Shown here: positions 8,580-16,962 of the stretch, in pieces
Numbering within the stretch: position 1 is the first letter of the stretch
How the letters are laid out: the number at the start of each line of letters is the position of its first letter
Translations under genes and position numbers: made by a program
Source: Nanohaloarchaea archaeon B1-Br10_U2g1
Lineage (GTDB): Archaea; Nanohalarchaeota; Nanosalinia; Nanosalinales; Nanosalinaceae
DNA: 39,550 nt
Assembly: GCA_001563875.1 (NCBI GenBank)
Contig: LKMN01000004.1
Coordinates: forward strand, 1 to 39,550
Reading direction: 5' to 3'
Notes under the pieces: generated by a model
Database searches by the model: none
Seen by the model: the letters and a program-made list of their open reading frames with translations, nothing else
Told to the model about the DNA's origin: nothing

Positions 8580-9874
8580 AAAAAGTCTTCTGACTTCAAA
8601 TGTTCAACAACTCTGTCTTGATCAAGCTTTTCTTCCTCTCCGGAATCCATATGTTTCATTGTGACTTCTCCGTTTTCGAGATCTCTTTTACCAACAATTA
8701 AAACCCTATCTGAGTTAATACTGTCGGCATAACTTAGCTGTCCTCCAAAACCTCTACCGGTCAGATCTGTTTCAACTGATAAACCTCTGTCTCTGAGTTC
8801 TTTCGCATACTCCAGACCTTTATTCCGGACATCCTCCGAAACTGTTAAGACGTACATGTCTGTTTCAACCTGTTTTAGAGGCCATTTGCCCTCCTTCTTC
8901 AAGAGTTCTATAGTTGGAGAGTAACCGAAAGCAAATCCTACAGCAGGAACCTCTCTGTCGCCGAAAAGTCCAACAAGATCGTCATATCTTCCTCCGCCGA
9001 AAAGTGCTCGCAGCTCACCTTCAGCGTCAAATGCTTCGAACACAAGGCCTGTGTAGTAAGCTAGTCCTCTTACAATTGAAAGGTCGAGTCTACACATCTC
9101 TTCGACTCCATAGGCTTCTAATGCCTCTGCTAGTTCTTCTATTCTTTTTACAGACTCTTCTGCTTCCTCAGGAGTCTTTTCTTTCAGCTCTTCAACAGTC
9201 TCTTTGATAGGGCCTGATATATCAGTGATTTCGTCTACTTTTTTGGCTTCCTCTCTGTTTAGTCCTTCAGATTCAAGGTCTTCTAAGAACTCTTCTCTCC
9301 CCATTTTTTCCTTGTCGTCGATAACAGACATCGCTGCTTCTGCTCTTTCAACTCCTTGAGACTTAAGGATTGATTCCAGAAGCTTTCTATCGTTGATTAA
9401 GAAGTTTACACGGTTTTCTACTCCAAGTTTTTTGTAGATTGTTGCAGCGGTTACAATTATCTCTGCGTCTGCTTCAACACTTTCTATACCGAATATATCG
9501 AAGTCTCCCTGGAAGAACTCTCGGTCACGGCCTTTCTGGACGTTCTCATACCTCCATCTTTTTGAGGTATCATACCATTTAATAGGTGTTTTCAAGTCTT
9601 TTCTCTGCTGTACAAGCCTTGCTCTTGTAGGTGTCTGTTCAGGTATAAGCGTGATTTCCCGATTTCCTTTATCTGCGAAGGAGTATGTCTGATCTAGTAG
9701 TTCGTCCCCTGATTTTACACGGTATAAATCGGTTTTTTCAACGTTGGGGGTATTTATCTCTCTGAATCCGAACTCCTCAGCTGTTTCCTCGACTATGTCA
9801 ATAAGTTTTCTTAACGAAGTATAGTCTTCCGGATAACGGTCATAAAATCCTTTCAGACTTGTTATCTCTGTCAT
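8576..9874 (-). CDS. hisS: histidine--tRNA ligase
   Basis: KGFYD, LIPEQT, WRYENVQKGRDREFFQ (motif 2), RGLAYYTG, GGGRYDDL, anticodon-binding domain. Confidence 0.97.
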   Translation of the reverse strand: MTEITSLKGFYDRYPEDYTSLRKLIDIVEETAEEFGFREINTPNVEKTDLYRVKSGDELLDQTYSFADKGNREITLIPEQTPTRARLVQQRKDLKTPIKWYDTSKRWRYENVQKGRDREFFQGDFDIFGIESVEADAEIIVTAATIYKKLGVENRVNFLINDRKLLESILKSQGVERAEAAMSVIDDKEKMGREEFLEDLESEGLNREEAKKVDEITDISGPIKETVEELKEKTPEEAEESVKRIEELAEALEAYGVEEMCRLDLSIVRGLAYYTGLVFEAFDAEGELRALFGGGRYDDLVGLFGDREVPAVGFAFGYSPTIELLKKEGKWPLKQVETDMYVLTVSEDVRNKGLEYAKELRDRGLSVETDLTGRGFGGQLSYADSINSDRVLIVGKRDLENGEVTMKHMDSGEEEKLDQDRVVEHLKSEDFF

Positions 9875-9981
9875 TTTTTAGGGCTCCTTGTTGAAACCTT
9901 TGTTCTCTAATGTTTTAAACCGGTTTTGAATGAGGATTTTTCGAAGTATTCAAAAACACGCTAAGTAATACTCTGTATTGT

Positions 9982-10836
9982 ATGGGTTTTCTTTGTATCG
10001 ATATAGGAGGGACTAACACGCTTCTAGGTCTTGGAAACGGCGAGTTCAAAGTTGTTAGGAAAGTTTCGAGCAAAAAATTTCTAGAAAGTATAGACTCAAT
10101 AATAGAGGAATTGAACCAAGACGTAGAGATCGAGAAAGTAGCCGTAGCGGTAGCAGGACCTATAGACCGTGAAAAAGGAGTTTTTTATCCTCCTAACATA
10201 GGTATTGAGAAAATAAATCTTATCGAACCGCTTGAACAATACGGCGAAGTTTCAATAATCAATGACTGCACTTCTGCGGTTCTAGGAGAATACTGTTACG
10301 GAGACCACAACTGTGAAAACTTAATCTATGTAACTATAAGCTCTGGTATAGGAGCAGGAGTTGTATTGGACGGAAGGCTAGTCGAAGGTGCGGACGGCAA
10401 CTTTGGCGAAGTCGGACATATGAAGATAAAAGAAAAAGGTCTTCGTTGCGGATGCGGCGCAGAGGGTCACTGGGAGTCGTTCTGCTCTGGGAACAACTTG
10501 CCGGAGATGGCCGAACAGCTGACAGGTTCAAGCTTCTCGGATGCGAGAGCAGTCTTTGATAAGTACCGAGAAGGAGAACCAGATGCGGAGAAAACAATTA
10601 GAGAGATGAAACAGATTAACGCACAAGGATTCGCCAATCTCGTTAACCTCTATAATCCGGATAAGATTGTTGTAGGCGGAGCTGTAGCATTAAACCATCC
10701 TGATATAGTAGTTGGTGGTTTAGAGGAAGAAGTGGATGTAAAAACAGTCAACTCATCTCCGGAGATAGAAGTATGCGGACTCGGCGACAGATCTGTCTTA
10801 CACGGTTTGAGAGCGATATGCAACGATGAAGTTTAA
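9982..10836 (+). CDS. ROK family sugar kinase (glucokinase-like)
   Basis: DIGGT, IND, SSGIGAG, GEVGH, CGCG..GHWE ROK signature. No N-terminal HTH. Confidence 0.92.
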   Translation: MGFLCIDIGGTNTLLGLGNGEFKVVRKVSSKKFLESIDSIIEELNQDVEIEKVAVAVAGPIDREKGVFYPPNIGIEKINLIEPLEQYGEVSIINDCTSAVLGEYCYGDHNCENLIYVTISSGIGAGVVLDGRLVEGADGNFGEVGHMKIKEKGLRCGCGAEGHWESFCSGNNLPEMAEQLTGSSFSDARAVFDKYREGEPDAEKTIREMKQINAQGFANLVNLYNPDKIVVGGAVALNHPDIVVGGLEEEVDVKTVNSSPEIEVCGLGDRSVLHGLRAICNDEV

Positions 10837-10865
10837 CTATGAAAGCCTGCAATTAGATCCTAGCA

Positions 10866-11333
10866 ATGGGAGATTTTAAGGAGCACATACTTTTCGGACT
10901 GCTTACTGCTGCAGTACTAATGTATCTCTTCGAAGAATTCATAGATATAACAGCATTAGAAGCATTATCAGGAGCCTTGGCTGTATTTATAGGCTCAATA
11001 ATGCCGGATATAGATCACAAGAGATCCTATGTTCATAGAGCGGTTAAATCCTTTACAAGTATTTCTGCAGGTATTTTAACGTTTCTAGTAGCGCCTTTGG
11101 AAACTCATCAGAGGTACATAGCGGGTATAACAGTGTTTTTAATGGTTTACTCTTTCTTCTCACGTATTAAGATGAAGCATAGAGGCTTCACCCATACGCT
11201 AACGTTCTGTATTATAGCTACCTCTGTAGGAATTATACTAAGCGTTACGTTTCTTTATACCGTAATACCAGGTCTAGCTCTAGGCGTGGGTATACTGTCT
11301 CATCTCTTGATGGATAGAGAGTTCAAGTTCTAA
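10866..11333 (+). CDS. membrane metal-dependent hydrolase (YdjM-like)
   Basis: H...PDIDH...HRGFTH...SHLLMD motifs with TM segments. Confidence 0.88.
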   Translation: MGDFKEHILFGLLTAAVLMYLFEEFIDITALEALSGALAVFIGSIMPDIDHKRSYVHRAVKSFTSISAGILTFLVAPLETHQRYIAGITVFLMVYSFFSRIKMKHRGFTHTLTFCIIATSVGIILSVTFLYTVIPGLALGVGILSHLLMDREFKF

Positions 11334-11776
11334 TTTATGTCTGCAACGTCGCCTAAGGTAGCTTTCTTCTGATTGCCTTTCTCAGAAGTACCATAGTCTG
11401 AGACTTCAGGATTGGTATAAATAGATATACCGAATTTGTCAGAAAGCTTCTTAGCTAGGGACTTATCTGGTTTCAGATCCTGTTTCTCAATCTTACTTAT
11501 TAAGGACTCTTTCTCGTTGAGTTCGTTGGCAACCTCTTTAATCGATAGCTGTTCGCTTTCTCTTGCATCCTTTACTTTCTCTCCGTAGTCAGGAACAAGT
11601 ACTTCTTTACTTGTCCGTTTCTTTGGAGATTTCTTTCTTTTCTTTCTCTTCTTAGAGGTCTTTGAAAGGTCCTCTCCCATGTCTGCACAAGATTCACAGA
11701 CTCTTAGAACAGCGCCTTCGATTTTAGCTTTTTTAACTGATTCAGTGTTCTTACCGCATAGTTCACATGATGGCAT
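11330..11776 (-). CDS. mbf1: archaeal multiprotein bridging factor aMBF1
   Basis: CELCG...CESC Zn ribbon, Cro-type HTH (ARESEQLSIKEVANELNEKESLISKIE), C-terminal TLGD. Confidence 0.92.
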   Translation of the reverse strand: MPSCELCGKNTESVKKAKIEGAVLRVCESCADMGEDLSKTSKKRKKRKKSPKKRTSKEVLVPDYGEKVKDARESEQLSIKEVANELNEKESLISKIEKQDLKPDKSLAKKLSDKFGISIYTNPEVSDYGTSEKGNQKKATLGDVADIN

Positions 11777-12012
11777 TTTAGGTCGTAGAAAAAGTTTTTC
11801 GGATTACTCTCCTTTTTGGTTTGGTTTAATACCAGTTTTTACTCTGTATCGAACAAGTTACACGCCATAATTTAATAACCTTACATATCCGGAAAGCAAT
11901 GATTACATAAGAAAATGTTGTAAGTCCTTAGTAGTCCCTGAAGGCTTATAAAATCGGGCTTAGAGACCATGGAATTACATTATATATATTTAGATTATCT
12001 CCTTTCATTCCT

Positions 12013-12795
12013 ATGTCAGAGAAACAAGTATTTGAAGTTCTCAACGAGTTATCCGAAAAAAATGATGAACACGTAGAAGAATTTTCAGACAAACTTAAAC
12101 AGCACTTAGACGGTCAAGATCCTGAAGTAACGACTATTCTGTGCAGCGATTCCAGAGTGATACAGGGAAAGATCTGTGGAAACGAAGTGTTGGGAAGAGA
12201 GTTCTCTCATGAAAGGATTGGCAACCGGACTAACAGTCTGACCTTAGAGGGAGAGGTCGTACCATCAGGAAGTATAGACTATATCCCCGAACATAGTGAC
12301 ACTCCGACCGGAGTACTGGTGATAGGACACACAGGCTGTGGAGCAGTAACAGCAACATACGATACGATACAATCCGCTCTGAAGTCCGAAGAAGTAGAGG
12401 AGCCTGAAGAGATAATTGAGCTGTATGAAAAAGGAGAGATAGACCTAGAAGACTATACAGGAGAGACCAAAGGAATTACAACAGATATCTACCTGCTTAT
12501 GAAGGCGGGTCTAGACAGCTCCTACAAAGAGCTTATGGATGAAGACTTAGAAGACAAAGAAATGATTAACCGTTTAGTAGAGTACAATGTTGATAACCAG
12601 GTTGAGTTTCTGAAAGAACATACCGACTATGAAGACACAGAAATCCTAGGTGCAGTCTACGATATGGAAGGTGTATACGGAGAGAATGGAGGGCTTTACC
12701 TAGTTAACTATGATGGCAGATCAGAAATCGACGAGCTTGAACAACTCTTCTCAGACTACTCGTTCGTTGACGTGGACAGGCAGGACTCTGCCTGA
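12013..12795 (+). CDS. beta-class carbonic anhydrase
   Basis: CSDSR and GHTGCGAV Zn ligands, YNVDNQV, GAVYD. Confidence 0.88.
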   Translation: MSEKQVFEVLNELSEKNDEHVEEFSDKLKQHLDGQDPEVTTILCSDSRVIQGKICGNEVLGREFSHERIGNRTNSLTLEGEVVPSGSIDYIPEHSDTPTGVLVIGHTGCGAVTATYDTIQSALKSEEVEEPEEIIELYEKGEIDLEDYTGETKGITTDIYLLMKAGLDSSYKELMDEDLEDKEMINRLVEYNVDNQVEFLKEHTDYEDTEILGAVYDMEGVYGENGGLYLVNYDGRSEIDELEQLFSDYSFVDVDRQDSA

Positions 12796-12799
12796 TTCC

Positions 12800-13315
12800 C
12801 TATCTTAATCTTCTTATTAGAAGCCCGTACAAGAGCGCCAAAGCCGAGACTGTTAAAAGCCCTAAACCTACGAGAACCAGTATTTCGCCGGAAACAAAAT
12901 ACTGGCTAGTTTCTGCCGCAGGTTGTGCCTCTAATGCCATTTCATACTCTTCAGCCGGAGCATCGTCTTGAAGAAGACTTATTCTTTCCAAGCCTTGGAA
13001 GCCAACTACTACGCCAGTAACTGCTGAAAGGGCTGATGAAACTATAGAGAACTTTACCTTTTTTTCTCTCCCGCTTACTATCGCTTCAGACTTCTGTGTA
13101 GGGTGGTATACAACTCTTTTTCTTCCTTCTTCCTCTTCTTTTTCAATTAGGTCTGCATCATTAAGTTTTGAAAGATGAGAAGATACTGTAGACTTGCTTT
13201 TACCAGTTTTTTCACTTAAATTGGTGGTTGTAGAAGGTTTATCAAGAAGTTTGTGAAGTATTCTTACTCTTGTAGGTGATGAAAGAGCTTTAACGGTTTT
13301 GAAGTCTATCTCCAT
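12800..13315 (-). CDS. ArsR-type winged HTH regulator with two C-terminal TM helices
   Basis: KALSSPTRVRIL...TNLSEKTGKSKSTVSSHLSKL...GRKRVVYH, then IVSSALSAVTGVVVGF and ILVLVGLGLLTVSALALLYGLLIRR. Confidence 0.88.
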   Translation of the reverse strand: MEIDFKTVKALSSPTRVRILHKLLDKPSTTTNLSEKTGKSKSTVSSHLSKLNDADLIEKEEEEGRKRVVYHPTQKSEAIVSGREKKVKFSIVSSALSAVTGVVVGFQGLERISLLQDDAPAEEYEMALEAQPAAETSQYFVSGEILVLVGLGLLTVSALALLYGLLIRRLR

Positions 13316-13340
13316 AAAAAATAGTTTAGAGGCTTCCAGG

Positions 13341-13379
13341 TTTTTAACTATGCTTAGACTTGTTCGAATATTATCGAAC
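13341..13379 (-). promoter_or_regulatory. palindromic operator GTTCGA-N6-TCGAAC plus TATA box of the ArsR-TM gene
   Basis: GTTCGA atatta TCGAAC at 13362-13379. On the minus strand a 13-nt gap, then GTTAAAAA (13348-13341), ATG at 13315. Confidence 0.7.
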
Positions 13380-13510
13380 GTCTTAAATCCTTCTTGCTGA
13401 TAACCTGATAGTAAAAACCTGTTTCACAGGGCGTGGCAAAGCAGATTTCACGGGTTAATGCCCATACCTATAAAAAAGAGCCCAGACAATACCTTTTTGG
13501 TGAATTGACC

Positions 13511-13678
13511 ATGGTAGACGTACTAAAGAAGTCTGGCGTCCGTGACGCAGCAGAAGGCGTCAACGTTGGATCTGACTTCTACGATGCTCTAGACGATGCA
13601 GTACAAGAAATGATCGAAAGAGCAGTAGAAAGAGCAGAAGAAAACGGACGAAGGACTGTAAAGTCAAGAGACGTTTAA
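13511..13678 (+). CDS. short histone-fold protein (DUF1931 / alpha3-truncated 'face-to-face' type), 55 aa
   Basis: MVDVLKKSGVRDAAEGVNVGSDFYDALDDAVQEMIERAVERAEENGRRTVKSRDV, ending in RxTVxxRD. GGTGA SD at 13499-13503 supports ATG 13511. Confidence 0.9.
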   Translation: MVDVLKKSGVRDAAEGVNVGSDFYDALDDAVQEMIERAVERAEENGRRTVKSRDV

Positions 13679-13693
13679 AACAGTTAAATTGAA

Positions 13694-13737
13694 GGGGTTG
13701 GGGGGTTGAACCCCGATCTCAATTTTTATCTATTTTT
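13694..13737 (+). terminator. GC hairpin plus T-tracts between convergent genes
   Basis: GGGGTT...AACCCC followed by TTTTT runs after the histone gene. Confidence 0.5.
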
Positions 13738-13738
13738 A

Positions 13739-13954
13739 CTAAAGTTCTTCTTGCCTGCGTTCAACTTCGTTCAAGAACTCTTCCACACGGTTTAAAGACT
13801 CTCTGAGATTCTCGACAGTCTCTAAATCTTCAACAGGAAGTCTTCCAAGATCCCCGTTATTTATTTCGATTACAGCTTTACCGTCTTTAGTACGGGTTGT
13901 AAACTCTAGGACGTCGTAAGGCCCCTCCTCAAACTTGTGTAGTAGTTCGCTCAT
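13739..13954 (-). CDS. small acidic hypothetical protein (71 aa)
   Basis: ATG ORF just downstream of the phosphohexomutase; beta-beta-alpha pattern. Confidence 0.7.
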   Translation of the reverse strand: MSELLHKFEEGPYDVLEFTTRTKDGKAVIEINNGDLGRLPVEDLETVENLRESLNRVEEFLNEVERRQEEL

Positions 13955-13982
13955 AATAGTAAGTGGTTGTACTCAAAGGATT

Positions 13983-15278
13983 TTATGGGTTCCGGACAAT
14001 TTTCTCAAGATTATCGGCTTCTTCCTCTGCTTTATGTCTATCTTTGGACTCTGTTACAACCCTGATTTTAGGTGACGACCCGGAAGGCCTTATTAAAGCT
14101 CTTACATCCGGAGACTCTACTTTCAATCCGTCTTTCCTTGATACGATTTTGTATTCTTCTTTAATCCTATTCTCTACCGCTTCCATTCTTTTTTTCTTAT
14201 CCTCTACTTCATAACTTTCTCTTACTGAATGGTGTTCGGGTATCTTATCTAGATATCTTTCTAAGTCGACCCCTGCCAGAATCAAAGCTGCTAGAGTCCC
14301 TGAGTTGTAAGGCACGAAGTTTAAAAATGCATAATGGCCGTTCGGTTCTCCTGCCAGCTCAACATCCTTTTCAATAGCATTATCCATTACGAAAGGATCT
14401 CCAACCCTCGTGTAGAATACCTGCTCTTCAGTTGTCTCTTCCAAAGACTTGGAGGTATCTATAGAGGCCACTACATCACCTTCGAAGATCTGTGAAAAAA
14501 CCGCGAGTACCTTGTTACCATCCACAAAACCATCTTTGTAAAGGGTTACCCGGTCGCCATCCATATCTGTAGCCAGACCTATATCTGCGTTTGTTTCATC
14601 TACTTTTGCCTTAAGCTCCTTTAGATTCTCCGGTCTAGGGTTGGGAGGATCCCTGTAAGGTTTTTCCTCTTTTTCCTCGCCGAGATCTACGACATTCGCA
14701 CCTATAGCTCTTAAAGTCTCGGCGAGTAAGGAATCTGTTGCTCCTCCTAGAGTATCTATGACCACTTTTTTATCAAGATTCTCGGATAGTCTTCTAGCAA
14801 AGAGCTTCAGGTTTTCTTTGTATTCTTCTAAGGCTTCTGGATACTGTTCGACTTTTCCTGTACCTTGACTGAACTCTCTGTTACGGAACCTGTCTTTAAC
14901 ACTGTCTAAATCCGGATTGAGAAATCCGTTTCCTTCAGGATACATAAACTTGAACCCGTTAAACTCTAGAGGAAGATGTGAGGAAGTGACTTGGACAGAG
15001 ACTGTGTCTTTTTCTCTGCCTGTGAAAGCTGCATAATCAGTTGGACCTGAACCTATATCAATAATCTCTACTCCCGTGGATTTTAATCCCTTGATAAAAC
15101 TTTTTTTCAAGGTCTTGGAGGATTCTTTATTGTCTCTACATACCACAACTTTTTTGGGGTAGTTTCTCTGAACGAAAGTTCCTAAAGATTTTCCTAAAAG
15201 ATCTGCAAACTCTTCGTCAAGCTCTTCAGGATACTTTCCGCGTATATCATATCTTTTGAATACTTTTTCAGGTTTCAA
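13983..15278 (-). CDS. phosphomannomutase/phosphoglucomutase (alpha-D-phosphohexomutase)
   Basis: FKRYDIRG, VTSSHLP phosphoserine loop, DMDGDR metal loop, GEPNGH, IRPSGSSPKIR. TTG start overlaps the upstream stop. Confidence 0.93.
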   Translation of the reverse strand: MKPEKVFKRYDIRGKYPEELDEEFADLLGKSLGTFVQRNYPKKVVVCRDNKESSKTLKKSFIKGLKSTGVEIIDIGSGPTDYAAFTGREKDTVSVQVTSSHLPLEFNGFKFMYPEGNGFLNPDLDSVKDRFRNREFSQGTGKVEQYPEALEEYKENLKLFARRLSENLDKKVVIDTLGGATDSLLAETLRAIGANVVDLGEEKEEKPYRDPPNPRPENLKELKAKVDETNADIGLATDMDGDRVTLYKDGFVDGNKVLAVFSQIFEGDVVASIDTSKSLEETTEEQVFYTRVGDPFVMDNAIEKDVELAGEPNGHYAFLNFVPYNSGTLAALILAGVDLERYLDKIPEHHSVRESYEVEDKKKRMEAVENRIKEEYKIVSRKDGLKVESPDVRALIRPSGSSPKIRVVTESKDRHKAEEEADNLEKIVRNP

Positions 15279-15763
15279 GCTTGTTTTTCCACCTTTTCGA
15301 TAATATCTCCTATGTCGTGTTTATCTCTATCGAAGAGGAGTCCAGGAATATCTACTCTTTCAAGCTCTTCTTCAGAGTCGTCGACTAAGAAGTCTATATC
15401 AACCGTGTCTTTGGACTGGTCATGGACTATGTAGACTCCATCTACATACTCTATAGCCCTAGATCTCTCTATTTTCATGTTTTGGAACCTTTTGTCTCCT
15501 CGAGAGACTATTATTGTGTTTACGTTGTCGGGCAGTCTCTCTAGTTTCTCTATGTCAGGATAGAGAAATTTTTCAGCATTATCTAGTACTCTATATATTT
15601 TTTCTGGACTCACTCCAAGTATCTCAGCATGTCTCTCAGGCTTGTAGACTTTTTTATTGGCTTCAGAATATGTCTCTCCAAAACCTTCTACCTCTTCAAG
15701 TAGATACTTCTTAAACCCGTCTGTATCGAATAGTACTCTGTCAAAATCTATTCCAAGCTTCAA
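15275..15763 (-). CDS. HAD superfamily hydrolase
   Basis: DFDRVLFD motif I, VSRG motif II, K, LVDD motif IV. Confidence 0.8.
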   Translation of the reverse strand: MKLGIDFDRVLFDTDGFKKYLLEEVEGFGETYSEANKKVYKPERHAEILGVSPEKIYRVLDNAEKFLYPDIEKLERLPDNVNTIIVSRGDKRFQNMKIERSRAIEYVDGVYIVHDQSKDTVDIDFLVDDSEEELERVDIPGLLFDRDKHDIGDIIEKVEKQA

Positions 15764-16956
15764 CTGATTTCACCGTTCTTGAGTACCGAGTTATCCGGCA
15801 GATTCTTCTCTACCTTCTCGTTACAGTCAGTAACAGCTCCAAGACCTACCTTTCTACCCGGCTTAACAGATGTGTTAACACCTAACTTTGTGTTGGAGCC
15901 TATTATACCGCCCAGCTTTTTCCTACCTGTGTCAATCAAATCATTCTTTACCTCCATTTTAACAGGCTTACCGTCGTTTCTCAGGTTTGCGGTCTTAGCT
16001 CCGGCTCCAAAGTTAACATTCTGTCCGATGTAAGAGTCGCCAACGTAGTTGAAGTGAGGTAGCTGTGTCTCTTCTCTTACTACCGAGTTTTTAACCTCGG
16101 AACACCCAACCTTTACGTTTTCTTCAAGAACTGTGTTCTCTCTGATGTGGGCGTTCGGACCTACTTTACAACCTGTCTTTATTATAGCAGGGCCTTCAAT
16201 AATCGTGTTCTCTTTGATTTCAGCGCCTTTCTCTATCTTTACGTCTCCCTTTATTGTGGCTGAAGGATCTATTTCTCCCTTGATATCTTTTTCTGAGTCT
16301 ATTAGTTCCTGGTTAGCGTTGATTAGCTGCCAGGGATAACTGCAGGGGATCCATCTGTCTGCCACAACGTACTCGAGATCTCTCTTTTCTATGTAATCTG
16401 TTAAGGCGTCTGTTATCTCAAGTTCTCCTCTTTCAGACTTTCTAACTTCTTCGAGTAAAGGGAAAAAGTCTTCATCTACTAGGAAACATCCCGTGTTCAC
16501 AAGGTTTGAAGGAGGATTTTCTGGTTTCTCAACTATTCTGTTTACGGTTCCTTGTTCGGTATCCAAAACTCCGTATCTCTCAGGTCTGCTGGACTCTGAT
16601 ACTAGAACACCGGCATCCTTCTTTATCAGATCTCTTATAGAGTTTCCGTATATATCGTCTCCGTTTAATATAAGCGCTCTATTATTGACCAGTGAAGATG
16701 CTTGGAAGGCTGCATCTGCGGTACCTTTCGGCTCTTCTTGCTCAACCACTCTCACATCTGTGTCGTTGAAGTACTCTCTGAAGTCTCGAATTCTGTAGCC
16801 CGCAACAACTATTATCTCTTCTACGAAATCGTCAAGAATATCTATGTTGTGCTGTATAATCGGCTTTCCTGCTACAGGTATCAAGGGTTTAGGAGTGTCT
16901 TCGGTTAAGGGCTTCATACGTGTTCCTCTACCGGCCGCTAGAATTACTGCTTTCAA
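15760..16956 (-). CDS. glmU: bifunctional sugar-1-phosphate nucleotidylyltransferase/acetyltransferase (archaeal GlmU-type)
   Basis: LAAGRGTRMKPLT..PKPL, EKP, GELEITD, hexapeptide repeats with HFNYVGDS and TANLR. Confidence 0.9.
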   Translation of the reverse strand: MKAVILAAGRGTRMKPLTEDTPKPLIPVAGKPIIQHNIDILDDFVEEIIVVAGYRIRDFREYFNDTDVRVVEQEEPKGTADAAFQASSLVNNRALILNGDDIYGNSIRDLIKKDAGVLVSESSRPERYGVLDTEQGTVNRIVEKPENPPSNLVNTGCFLVDEDFFPLLEEVRKSERGELEITDALTDYIEKRDLEYVVADRWIPCSYPWQLINANQELIDSEKDIKGEIDPSATIKGDVKIEKGAEIKENTIIEGPAIIKTGCKVGPNAHIRENTVLEENVKVGCSEVKNSVVREETQLPHFNYVGDSYIGQNVNFGAGAKTANLRNDGKPVKMEVKNDLIDTGRKKLGGIIGSNTKLGVNTSVKPGRKVGLGAVTDCNEKVEKNLPDNSVLKNGEIS

Positions 16957-16962
16957 CTCTTA

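Noticed and set aside
13433-13510. N-terminal 'tail' on the short histone in the 81-aa track ORF
   Set aside because: The SD (GGTGA) and TATA box point to ATG 13511; the extension runs through the promoter.
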